From the NCBI GenBank assembly GCA_951406725.2, contig OX597840.1:15314001-15378000 (forward strand): a stretch of 64,000 bases of DNA, written 5' to 3'. The notes below the pieces were generated by a model. That model was not told the origin of the DNA. It saw only the letters and a list, made by a program, of their open reading frames with translations, and ran no database searches. Positions 52,099 to 64,000 of this stretch are shown piece after piece. Both the position numbers and the translations under genes were made by a program. Numbering within the stretch: position 1 is the first letter of the stretch; each line of letters opens with the position of its first letter. Origin of the DNA: Octopus vulgaris. Taxonomy: Eukaryota.

Positions 52099-52661
52099 CA
52101 GAGCCAGTGCTAGGAAGTGCAGGGCTCAATTAGAGAATTAAAAGTGTGGCCCTTTACTCTACAAAAGCTGAAAATTGATGTTTTGTGCTTCATGGTGTAT
52201 GCCATTCCTAGGCAAAAAGTGTTAAGCATTTGAGGATTTACCCTGTTAGTCACAAGGATATACTAAAACTCGAATGCCCATATGAAAGTTTTAATGTTTT
52301 ATTGCAAGTCAAGGTAATTACTGACATACTGATCATGAATAGACCTTGTGCTTGCTGAGATAACTGAGCTGAGCTGAACCGATTATGGTGCCCAGCCATT
52401 GCCAGGCACTCATTTTACAGAAAACAAATATCACAGTTTAATAAGACATTCTTCTAAATGTCATGAGGTAAATTTGTATGTCGCATGAAAAGACAAAAAA
52501 GAATTGTGTGGGTATTTTTGCTTGATACAGTCAAAGGGTTTAATTCTTCAAAGCATATTCTGCTTGAGCATGTGCACAGGGCCCTCTCTTGGCATGGGGC
52601 TCTCTTTTGGTACAGGGTTTATTTTGAAAAAATATGTTTAATTGGCTTAAAACCGACCCTG
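52099..52661. mobile_element. hAT-like non-autonomous element
   Basis: Ends CAGAGCCAG and (rc) CAGGGTCGG, resembling CAGGGCCGG hAT TIRs; degenerate 8-bp TSD CTGTCTTG/TTGTGTTG. Confidence 0.5.
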
Positions 52662-52826
52662 TTGTGTTGAAGCATATAGTTTTTATAAATTGACCCCTAC
52701 ATTTATTTTTTAAGTCTAATCTTTATTTTATTGAGCCCTTTTGATGAACTGCTGGGTTATCAGCAGATAAATAAGCCAACACCAGTTGACAAGCAGTGAT
52801 AATGGCAACACATACCTGCACATATA

Positions 52827-52878
<52 letters not shown>

Positions 52879-53078
52879 CACACATATATATATATATATG
52901 CATACATACATATATATATGTATGCATGTATGTTTATATGTAGGTTAGCCCAGAGCTATAGTGGAAGACAATGGCCCAAAATGCCGCACAGTCGGACTAA
53001 ACACCACATGATTGCAAAGCAAACTTCTTAGCCACACACCCATACTCCACTATATGTGTATGTATCTGTGTATATTTC

Positions 53079-53136
<58 letters not shown>

Positions 53137-53200
53137 TAAATATTTGTTGTGCAAGATTTTATTGGCTAAACTGGCAATATGACCATTCCGAAATATAACA

Positions 53201-53236
<36 letters not shown>

Positions 53237-53328
53237 ATGAATATATATGTATGTATATGTATATATACATGCATACATACTTATGCATATGTATATATAT
53301 ATATATATATATACATACATATATATGC

Positions 53329-53363
<35 letters not shown>

Positions 53364-53399
53364 TACATATACATACATATATATATGTGTGTGTATATA

Positions 53400-53447
<48 letters not shown>

Positions 53448-53595
53448 AATACCCTTTCTCGCCCCCCCCCCCCCCGGCCAAAAAAACACCTAAAAACAAC
53501 TGACCGATAATTGTCCTCATTTACTATATATATACATGCATACATACTTATGCATATGTATATATATATATATATATATACATACATATATATGC

Positions 53596-53632
<37 letters not shown>

Positions 53633-53698
53633 TATGCATATATATATATATATATATATATACATCTACATATACATATATATATGTGTGTGTATATA

Positions 53699-53740
<42 letters not shown>

Positions 53741-55042
53741 GTTAGAAGATTCTTCCACCTTAGCCAAAATGTCTTCTACTCTAGCAACAGTTAGCAACAG
53801 GAAAGGCATCCAGGTGTAGAAAATCTACCTCCACAAATTTCCACAAAAAGTGGATGTTAATATGGAGCTGACAATAATGCGTGTGTGTATTAATCTATTT
53901 GTACCTGTGAATGTATACACATATACCTTAATGTGCACGTGACAATATACATATATACATGTGTGTATGTGTGTGCTCTGCATGTTTGTTAGTATGCGTG
54001 TAAAGATGTATTGCAAAAGTTTAGAGAAAGAGAGAGAGAGAGGAGGAGACAGAGAGGGAGACATATATAAATGTGTATGCATGTTTGTTGCAGAGAAGAA
54101 TGATTGTTCTCTGCACCTTTTGTTCTTCAGTTGTGTGTATACCTGTGTGTCTGTCTGTGTGTCTAGTCTTACCAAAAAAAAAAAAACAAATAAAAAACTT
54201 CCATACCAAGAAGATCTCCGCTGTATTTCCTTTGGGAATTGGAATCAATGTGGCATTAAGCTAACCTCCTTTGATTGCTTTACATCATTATCTTTGGTGC
54301 CGGTTTTGTTGATTGGTAAATCCATCATCATCATCATCATAATATCCAGCATCATAACAACCATTGCCTCCATCATCATCATCATCATTACCATTATCTT
54401 GAGTATTGTAAAGAATTTATCTATTATCATCGTAATCATCATCACTGTCACTATCATCATCATAATTATTGTCTTCATCATTGTCATGATCATTATCACC
54501 AACAATATACATATATATATGTAATTCCTATTATCCTTTTTTTCCCGCTCTCATCTACTTCAATGATGTCAGTGTTCTTACCATCTTCTCTAATCATCAT
54601 CATCATCCTTAGAAACATCACAGTTCTTTTCATCATTCTCTCACGTCATCACCATCTCCTCTTCTCCCTCCTTCATAATCATTACTCTACAGTCCCCCTC
54701 TTTCTTTGGCCCTCTTCTGTATATCAGTGCACCATAAACCAACACGTTTGTGCTGCATTGTTCTGTCAAAAACATTTCTGCAACCTAATGGAGGTTCTGA
54801 CCATCAAACTTTCAGTCATGAAAACACTTTTAAGCATACGCATGCAAGGAGATTTACATGTGTTCTTGTAGTTACTTACTTTCACGACTACTGACCTTGT
54901 GTGTGTGTGTGTGTGCATTATTCAGCTCTATGTCAGTGTCCTGGTAGATCCCTCATCAAAGGTGTTCCAGTCATGACCATCCTGTCTTAAATCCAAATTA
55001 AATACATACTATGAATACAGTTTATACATATATGTATGTATG

Positions 55043-55093
<51 letters not shown>

Positions 55094-55123
55094 ATGTATA
55101 TATATATATATAGTCTATATATA

Positions 55124-55173
<50 letters not shown>

Positions 55174-55805
55174 TATAGACATATATATACTAATGTTCTC
55201 TAATACAAAATCATGAAATTGAAGAAGGCGTAATCAAAGTTACACAGTATAAAAATGGACATGTTCCCAAACACACACACACACACAAACATGCACAAAC
55301 ACATTCACACACAAACACACAACACACACACAGTTCAGAAAGGGATTCTCTCCAAAATTGAATGTTTTAAGGTAAAATGGAGAATTTGAATTCTTTATTC
55401 CAAATACTGCTCATCTCAACAAATGTTCAGATATATATAAAAGTGTAGTATTGGGATTTTCTAGCTTTACATATATGTGTGTGTGTGTGTGTGTATTTTA
55501 ATTTAATTTTATTTATTATTTGATTTTTCAAATTGTTAATCTGCAAATATTGTACTAATGTTTTTTCATGAAACTACATTTCATCAAAAAATTCCCTCCA
55601 AAAATGAATGTTTGGAAGGGGTGACTGTACAATTTGTTTTCTAAATATAACTCAAAGAGGAGAAAAAGAAAGAAAGAAGGAAAGGGAAAGTGAGAGAGAA
55701 AAGCAAAATGACTTTCAGTGATGACCAAACGGCACCTGTTTTTTTTTTTATTTAGGAGGTCACCATCCTTAAACCCATTCCAATACAATGGTAAAGGATT
55801 AAATA

Positions 55806-57085
55806 TTAGGTTGCCAAGAAAGTTCTTGTGGTTTTTAACCTTTAAATTCAGATGCACATATCTTGGCTCAACCAAAACTTTATTCATCGAAATAAGCACC
55901 ATCAGAATCTACACACTTTTGCCAATGCGAAACAAGTTTATTTATGCCAGTAGCGTCAAAATCCTGTGTTCTGGTGGCAATGAAGTCGTTGAAGGTGTGT
56001 TTGGCATCGTCTTGGTTTTTGAAGCATTTCTCACACAGGAAGTTGTCGAAATGCTTGAAAAAGTGAGTTGTTGGTAGGCAAGAGGTCTGGTGTGTATGAC
56101 AGATGAGGCAGAGTTTTGTAGCCCAATTCATTCAACTTCTGCAGGATCAGTTGTGTGATGTGCAGCCAAGTGTTGTCGTTGAGAAGAGTTGGTCCTTTTC
56201 TATTGACCAATGCTGGCTGTTGTTGTCGGAGTTTCTTATGCATTTCATCCATTTGCTGACAGTACTCTGCTGTAATGATTTGCCTGGATCCAAAAAGCTG
56301 TGATGGATGAGACCAGCTGCAGACCACCAAACAGTCACCATGACCTTCTTTTGGTGCAACTTTGGCTTTGGGAAGTGCCGTGGAACTTCGTCGGCATCCA
56401 ACCACTGAGCTGAGCATCACCATTTGTTGTAAAGAATCCACCTTTCATCACAAGTTACAATCCAGTCAAGAAACGGGTTGTTCTTGTTGCATAAAAGAAG
56501 GTAAGGTGACACTTCATAACGGTGTTTTTTTGGTTGTCATTCAATTCGTGCAGCACCCATTTCTCAAGTATTTTTGTTTTTCCAATCTCTTTCAAGTGGT
56601 TGGAAATTGTCGTATACATTATGTCTAATTCAGAAGCAAGCTCTTGAACAGTTGTGCGTGGATTAGCTTTGACTTAGTTGATCGTTGATCGTTGTCAACA
56701 TCTGATGGCTGACCACTACACTTATCATCTTCAAGACTCTTGTCACAGCTATGAAAGTTCTTGAACCACCATTGTGCTGTACATTCATTAGTGGTTCCTG
56801 GGCCAAATGCATCATTGATATCGTGAGCTGTTTCAGCAGCTTTTCAGCCTAGCTTGAACTGGAATAAGAAAATTGTGCGAATTTGCTTTTTGTCCATGTT
56901 GTATTCAATGTTCTGGAAAAAATGGCCTAATTATTCAAAAAGAAAAAGAGTAACACTATTAAATAGAGCAAAAATGGGCTTTAAAATGATATATAAAGTC
57001 AAAGTAATTTAATGAAAATTAATTTGAAAGTACATCATTTAAAACCAAAATTTAAAATTCCACAAGAACTTTCTTGACAGCCGAA
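55806..57085 (-). mobile_element. Full-length mariner transposon (cecropia subfamily, Hsmar1-like), 1280 bp
   Basis: 26-bp TIRs TTAGGTTGCCAAGAAAGTTCTTGTGG and (rc) TTCGGCTGTCAAGAAAGTTCTTGTGG; TA TSD on both sides. Confidence 0.95.
55880..56897 (-). pseudogene. Disrupted mariner DD34D transposase
   Basis: MDKKQIRTIFLFQFKLG*KAAETA..IVTCDE..KPKLHQKKVMVTVWWSAAGLIH..LVNRKGP..LQKLNELGY..PDLLPTN..TGINKLVSHWQKCVDSDGAYFDE; several stops and frameshifts. Confidence 0.92.
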
Positions 57086-57497
57086 TAAATAAATGAATGA
57101 ATGGTGAATCAGAAGGGTGATACTCCTCTCTCTCTCTCTCTCTACCTATCTGTCTATTTTTCTGACTATCTATCTATTCATCTATCTATCTATCTGTCAT
57201 CAGCCTATCTACTTATCTATATTTCTATCTATCCATCTCCATTGTCACGGAACCCCACCCCAAAAAGCAAAAACAATGCTCTCTTCTAAACAAAAATAAA
57301 AAAAACATGTTTTATATAAAAAAACAAGCTGTTTGTAAATTCCCAAAATTTTATTTGACAAGTTTAAGAAAGGAACGAAAGAGCTAATGATAATGAAGAA
57401 AAATAAAGAATCTTTTTTCAAAATTCTGACGACTTTATTTCTCAGTATACACATACATACACACACACACACATATATATATATAAATATATATATA

Positions 57498-57531
<34 letters not shown>

Positions 57532-57615
57532 TACATATATATATATATGCATACATATATATGCATATATGTATGCATATAGATATATATACATATATAT
57601 GCATATATATGTATG

Positions 57616-57655
<40 letters not shown>

Positions 57656-57664
57656 TATATAAGT

Positions 57665-57835
57665 ATATATAGATAGTTGGAATTTACAAAAAAACAAAAG
57701 ATGAAGACAGGTGTATAAACAACAAACAGGTGTATTACTTTAACACTCGGGAAGGTGAGTCTTTTATGTTTCAAACCTATGATCTTCTGCAGAAAGGAAC
57801 ACGAGAAAATAAACAGAGAGATGATAAAAAAAGCT
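57665..57835 (-). mobile_element. PLE-like terminal fragment with variant hammerhead (57761-57796)
   Basis: Minus: CTTT-CTGCAGA-AGATC-ATAG-GTTT-GAAA-C-ATA-AAAG; homologous to 10378-10585. Confidence 0.6.
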
Positions 57836-57870
57836 TTATAGATAGATAGACAGACAGACAGATGGATAGA

Positions 57871-57903
<33 letters not shown>

Positions 57904-58792
57904 GGATAGATAGATAGATAGATAGATAGACAGATAGGCAGACAGGCAGACAGACAGATATTCATATGCATATCTGTCTATATATACATACATGCATATA
58001 TATATATATATATATGTACACACACACACAAACAAGCACATACCTATACAATGTACACAACACACATGCTTACATACACCAATACATACATGTGTACATA
58101 TTCTCAGAGAAAACACAATAAAATATGCCAACCAAGTCTAGAAACATATCAAAGTTAGTCGAAACGTGAAGATAACAATAAGTTAAGATGTAATATTTTC
58201 CTGGTGAAAAGTTCCTCAACTGAGAAAGCGATTAAAATAGGCACCACAAAATAATGAAAACTCAAAGACATTAAAAAAAAAACCTTCCACTTGATAGAAC
58301 TGGTGACATTTTCACTGAAATATAAGAAAATTGCTCCGATTGAATAGGTTTCTTCATTCTTGTCTTGTTTCATATTAAATATTTTTGCCTCAGGGACCGG
58401 GAAAATATTAGGGTCATTTTATTTTTGTTTTATCTTTTTTATGTACTCCCCCCACTTTGTAATTTATTATTTTTCTAGAATTAATCATTGTCTTTTATAG
58501 TATTGATGGAGGAAATATAAAAGAATTTCTTTTTAAAAAAAATGAATTATGAAAATGTGACGAAAAAAATTGTACCAATCTCACTGGATGGGGGTGGGGA
58601 GAAATGTGGCCAAAAGCTGAAGAATGGAAGTAAAAATATCTCCAGACTGTCATTCACTGTTGGAAGATGTTTGTCTGTCTTGGATTAATTTTCGTCATGC
58701 ACATATTCATATGCATATATTGAAATATATATATATATATAGATATAGATATATATGTGTATATGTATACCTGTGTGTTTGTGTGTGTATGT

Positions 58793-59008
58793 AGGCGCAG
58801 GAGTGGCTGTGTGGTAAGTAGCTTGCTTACCAGCCACATGGTTCCAGGTTCATTCTCACTGCGTGGCACCATGAGCAAGTGTCTTCTACTATAGCCTCAG
58901 GCTGACTAAAGCCTTGTGAGTGGATTTGGTAGACAGAAACTAAAAGAAGCCTGTTGTATATATGTATATATATGTGTGTGTATGTGTTTGTGTGTCTGTT
59001 TGTTCCCA
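58793..59008 (+). mobile_element. Family A SINE 5' half
   Basis: GGCGCAGGAGTGGCTGTGTGG head and body. Confidence 0.8.
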
Positions 59009-59039
59009 CATCTGCTTAATGTGAACATACAGCCCTCCC

Positions 59040-59330
59040 CCTGTGGGCATGGTACATTTATATACAAGATTTGTACTCATACAGAAGTTCATCAATGGGC
59101 ATTTTGATTTTCCTCTGCATAAGAATATTTATCATATTCATTTGTATATAAGGCAGTTCCGATTCCATTTTCCAATGTTGTTACTATGTTAGCTGTATCA
59201 TAAGCATTTCTACTATTACAATTTGACTGGAATTTGTATTTTTCAGTGTGGTTTACAACTCCTTTGTTAGTATTTAGATGCATATGTTTGCTAGATCCAG
59301 TAGGTAGGTTATTGAACCTTTGTCGCGTTT
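59040..59330 (-). pseudogene. PLE linker/GIY-YIG start fragment
   Basis: Minus: ..KCPLMNFCMSTNLVYKCT, the CPL..C..N.VY motif that precedes PLE GIY-YIG; abuts (TA)n. Confidence 0.5.
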
Positions 59331-60129
59331 TACATATATATATATATATATATATATGAACTTAAACCATTCTATGACTTCAAAGCTATACTTCCACAAA
59401 GTCATGTCTGAAGATTGTCTCAGTTTGGGTATGATTTTATCCAAGATTTTGTTGGAGATTTAAAACTTAGCTGACAGGCTCAATTCAAAGTTTGGTTTAT
59501 GGTCGTTGAAGGTAACATGAGGAGTTCTGTGTAGTCATTCACATGGAGTTTCTCATCATCATTGTTTCAATGTCCACTTTTCCATGCTCTCATAGGTCAC
59601 AAAGAATATGTTGATGTAGATTTTCTATAGCCAGATACACTTCCTGTCAGCGACCCTTGGCTGTTGCCAAGTAAGGTAATATTTCACTATGACTAGACAT
59701 GTTTTCACAGAAGATTGCAAACAAAAGACATCACCTGTTTGATGGTGACACTTGTTTACATCTATCATGGAATGTTATAGTGAGGAGGTAGTAACACAAA
59801 CACACACACACACATGCACATGCACACATATATATCCACATATATGCACACACACACACACATATATACACACACATACGCACAAGCACACATATATATA
59901 TACATATACACACACACATAACTGGCTTCCGTACAGTTTCCATCTGCCAAATTCATCCAGAAGGCTTTAGTTGACCCAGGCATATAGTAGAAAGCAGTTG
60001 CCCATGATGCCATCTAGTGGGGCTGAACCTGGAATCTTGAGGTTGGAAAGCAAACTTCTTATTACAATATTTTGTTTGTTTTTTTTTGTTTTTTTTTTCC
60101 TATTGAATGGATGTCATTCACCACTTTAC

Positions 60130-60510
60130 ATTCATTTCCTTGTATTTGCTGGTGACCACATTAGAGACGAGACTTTGAAATGTATTTTGGTTAATTCAAT
60201 AAAAGTATTTCCTTTTATCTGATTTGAGGAGGAATAATTTGTCCAGATTCGAAATTTCTTTAAGTTGTTATTCCTTGATGGTTGAAAGTCGTTGTGGATC
60301 TTGTGAACTTTATAGGATTTTTTTTTCTTTTCTTTTCATTCAGATCTTCAAATAGTATTAGATACAGTTTTCCAGTTTTCTCATAAAGCTCTTTGGTTTA
60401 TCAAAAAATATTTGCCATCATCTAATACACTTAATAGAATCAGTCTCTCTTGCATCGCGTATTTAAAGTAGAACCTTTCAGAAGTCATTAGGATATTTTC
60501 TTATTGTTTT
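60130..60510 (-). pseudogene. Degenerate PLE N-terminal/pre-RT fragment
   Basis: Minus, frameshifted: KIHNDFQ..LKEISNLDKLFLLKSDKRKYFY*INQNTFQSLVSNVVTSKYKE, resembling the ADK..Y..L..N..T..YK region of PLEs. Confidence 0.45.
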
Positions 60511-60707
60511 TTTTTTTTGTTGCTGTATCAGTGTTTTAATTTGGTCCTTATGTTACGGGATTAAACAGAGAGGAGTATAATTATAATAAGCCACCCAATT
60601 ATATGACAAGGAAAACCACAAATTTAAAGCACTCAATACATACATTTTCGGTGATGTTCTTTAAACTGCAGTTCTCCCAGGCTTTAAATTGTCACTTCAT
60701 ATATATT

Positions 60708-61010
60708 TTTTGCTTGTTTCAGTCATTAGACTGCAGCCATGCTGGGGTTCCACCCAGAAGAATCTTTAGTTCAATGAATTGATCCCCATCAGTCTCTTTT
60801 GTTGAACCACTAAGTTATGGGGACGCTAACACACCAACACTGGCTGTGAAGTGGTGGTGGGGGACAAACAAACATGCATACACACACATACATACGATGG
60901 GCTTCTTCCAGTTTCCATCTACAAAATCCACTCAAAAGGCTTTGGTCAGCTTGTGGCTATAGTAGAAGACACTTGTCCAAGTGAGACTGAACCTAGAACC
61001 ATGTGGTTGG
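60708..61010 (-). mobile_element. Family A SINE (deleted)
   Basis: Both halves recognisable on the minus strand. Confidence 0.7.
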
Positions 61011-61377
61011 AATTCCCAAATGCAAACAGGCTGTGACAACAGTTCTGCAACATTAGGTTAAGAGACCCTTGATAATGATTCCTGCCATTTTATAATGCTA
61101 AAGAATAGCTTTTGGAATGTGAGAACATACATTTAGTAAACAAACTTGTAAGCCAGAATTTGAGAGGAAGTGGGCTCGATTCTCTGTAGAACCTTGCTGG
61201 TCACTTGTTTTTGTTTTCTAAAGGTTATTTACCCAATTTTCTAAGCTGTTGTCACAGTCTATCTGCACTGGAGAATTCCTTGATTTTCTGCACAATATTG
61301 ACACACTCAGCACGTCTAATTTTGTTTACAGTATGTGTGTGTGTATTATGTACGTATGTATGTGTGTATATATATAT

Positions 61378-61525
61378 AGTACAAATTTACAAAAAAACAA
61401 AAGACAAAGGCAGGTGTAGGAACAACAAGCAGGTGTATTAGTTTGATGCTCAGGAAGAATGGAAAACTCTTTTATGTTTTGAGCCTATGCTCTTCGACAG
61501 AAAGTATTAAGAATGAAAAACAGAG
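61378..61525 (-). mobile_element. PLE-like terminal fragment with variant hammerhead (61469-61504)
   Basis: Minus: CTTT-CTGTCGA-AGAGC-ATAG-GCTC-AAAA-C-ATA-AAAG. Confidence 0.6.
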
Positions 61526-61619
61526 TCCCTAGTCAAACCGTCCAACCCATGCCAGTATGGAAAGCAGACGTTAAACAATGATGATGATGATGACATATAT
61601 ATACTTATGTATTTTTGTT

Positions 61620-61886
61620 GTTGTTGTTACCTTCTTGAACCATACCGGTTTTCCGGTTTCGTTGGCGTATAGGTTCCCTACCTGGATGGAACACCTGCCT
61701 GTCACAGGTGAGCTGCTAGATGCAGGAGGAAAGAGTGAGAGAAAGTTGTGGCAAAAGAATCAAGCAGAAGTTTGCCATTACCTTCTGCCAGAGACGCGTG
61801 GAGCTTAAGTGTTTCACTCATAAACACACACATCACCTGGTTTGAGATTCAAACCTGCATTCTCTCAACCACGAATCCTCTGCTCT
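61620..61886 (-). mobile_element. tRNA-derived SINE with an RTE-derived body (family D)
   Basis: Minus: B-box-like GGTTTGAATCTC, then GGCAGAAGGTAATGGCAAAC (RTE/Bov-A-like motif) and a (CAA)n tail. Confidence 0.55.
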
Positions 61887-61928
61887 ATCCATACTTATGT
61901 ATACACATGCAAATACATACAGGCTAAT

Positions 61929-61962
<34 letters not shown>

Positions 61963-62278
61963 GCAAAGAGAAAGATAAACTTTTAGATGTTGGTGTTGTT
62001 GTTAAATCCCTAGTCAGTTTTTAGTGTACAGTTCCATGATGGAAAATGCTCCAGCCAGGCCCATCCTGTATCTTTAGCACAATCTAGTTATACATTGTCA
62101 AAGATGTCCTTCTAATTTTCAAAACAATAGTGAGTGATCTGAACAAGCTTTGGCTGTTATTTCTGAAAAATTAAGCAATTCCATAGAGATTTTTACAGTG
62201 GCTTCCACCAGAATTGAAAAGAAAACCACATATATCTAGTTGGTCTAGTATATTTGAAATTATCAAGCACTAGCTTAA

Positions 62279-62499
62279 CCCTTTTATTACTGTATTTCTG
62301 TTGAGATGCTCTGTATTTCTTTCAATTTATCTTAAATATAACAAAGAATTTAGTAAAATAACTTAGTTATCATTCAGCTGGTGTTAGGAACATAAATTGT
62401 GACTAAGGTTTGGTGAAAGATTTTAATTCAGAACTTTTGAAAACAAGACGTTTGTACTCAGAACCAGAGTTGGTTTCAGCCAGGTTGGTAACAAAAGGG
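62279..62499. mobile_element. piggyBac-like MITE (221 bp)
   Basis: TTAA|CCCTTTTATTAC...GTAACAAAAGGG|TCAA: 11/12 TIR match and a TTAA-type TSD with one mismatch. Confidence 0.75.
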
Positions 62500-62919
62500 T
62501 CAAAAGCTGCACTCTGAGCTGACTTCTATGCTAGCTCCTGTAGGGGGCTAATTGAGCCTGTGGCCCAAAACTAAACAGAGCTAAATAGCATGACTACAAT
62601 ACGTCTATAATGACTGTCCCAGTGCTGTTTGATCAGAGGTTAAGGACAGATAAGAATTAATTCTGTAATGCAAACATTTTATTGTTCCAGTCCCAAGTTG
62701 AATTCCAACTGCTGGCCACTTCGTACCAAAGTTCTAATCTCAACGTAAAATTAGCAAAGTGAAAGTCTGTCATTTACCTCTCCCTTGATCTGTGACATCA
62801 TCTGACAAACGCCAACCAAGATGATGTGAATCAGCCAAGCTTTATCTGCTAGAAATAGCAATCCAAATGCTTTTAGATCAGATCCTAATGCTGGATGTTC
62901 AAGAGCTAAATGAAGAGCA

Positions 62920-63041
62920 GATTTTTAATCCTGAGGTCATCCTGATTCCAAAAAGGTATAACATGTCTATGTAGAGCAAATGTAGACAGAGATACAAGAG
63001 TCCCAGACGGACAGACAGAATTTTGCTTTTATTAATATAGA
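62920..63041 (-). mobile_element. Probable Helitron 5' fragment
   Basis: Minus strand begins A|TCTATATTAATAAAA followed by (CTGT)n. Confidence 0.45.
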
Positions 63042-64000
63042 TAAATGATAATAACTACAACAACAACATTGGTAGCAGCAGCAGTGAATAGATTGAACCA
63101 AACATGGCCATTGCTAATTGAATCTGTAAACTAGCTTTAGGTATAATGAAATACAATATTGAGTTATAGAAAGAGTCAACATTAAACTGGTCAAGCAAGC
63201 ATACACGTTGTCTTTTCAGATGTTTATTTTAGTGAAGATAACCTGTTGTAGAAATATTAGAAGCAGAGACGGAATATATGATCAGTGGATGTAGCGGTTC
63301 TCTTGCATGTAATGCTGCAGGCGAGGAGAAAAGGTTCTTTACCTAGAATTCCAGCTTCTCATGTCTGTATGGTTTTGAATAGAGATGGAAGAGTCAGAGG
63401 AACCAATGTGGTACATCATCTTCTCTTGCTGCCCCAGGAAACTAATCAATCACAGCATTCATGATATGTGCCTCTGTATGTAGATGCGTGTACATATGTA
63501 TATACATGTATAATATGTGTGTATGTATATATACATACACGCACACACACACGTATATATACACACACACATATATATACACACATATGTATGTATATGT
63601 GTACTTATATATATGCATACATATATGTGTGTGTGTGCATATCTACATACATACACATGCGTGCACACACACACACATATATATACATACATATAAATAC
63701 ACACACATACACGCACACACATGCACACCCACATAGGTGTGGGTGTGTTTAATTTCATATGTGCTTGATGCTTGATGCTCTGCATGTACTTTTCTGCTTT
63801 TGATCCGGTCAGTGTCACACATTCATTTGCACATATAAACATTGCTAAAAACTAAGAGATTAAGGATATTTCTCTAACACACACACACACACACATTATT
63901 CTCCTCTGCTTTACCCTATCATTTAACACCTCTCACACCTGCTGCCACTCTTAATCAATGCACTGTCATATCTTATTTCTTTACTACTCACAAGGAAACT

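Noticed and set aside
63342-63441. Possible minus-strand exon (open frame FLGQQEKMMYHIG..., donor AG|GTAAAG)
   Set aside because: Weak acceptor, no recognisable homology and no partner exons; RNA-seq would be needed.

Overview
Very AT-rich, microsatellite-saturated eukaryotic DNA. The SINE/LINE repertoire resembles what I recognise from octopus (coleoid cephalopod) genomes; that assignment is an inference. I cannot support any intact host protein-coding exon, and almost all listed ORFs are translations of (TA)n, (TG)n, (CAT)n or (CTT)n. The window looks intergenic or deep-intronic and is a transposon graveyard. It holds dozens of tRNA-derived SINE copies from at least four families; RTE, Tx1/L1, R4/Dong-type and Penelope-like (PLE, GIY-YIG) retroelement fragments; a full-length but dead Hsmar1-like mariner (55806-57085); and DD37D, Tigger, Helitron, piggyBac-, hAT-, MULE- and Chapaev-like relics. 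The most notable signals are three. (i) At least eight minimal type-I hammerhead-ribozyme-like motifs from five sequence families lie in short PLE-like ends, most next to (TA)n tracts; one family has a consistent non-canonical core (CUG-Y-N-GA) in three copies. (ii) Three long foldback/inverted repeats occur at 9127-9348, 15559-15808 and 25499-26256. (iii) An RTE reverse transcriptase carries an embedded PHD-like zinc finger, and its 3' UTR seeds both dispersed copies and a new minisatellite. Most repeat boundaries were read by eye and are approximate.
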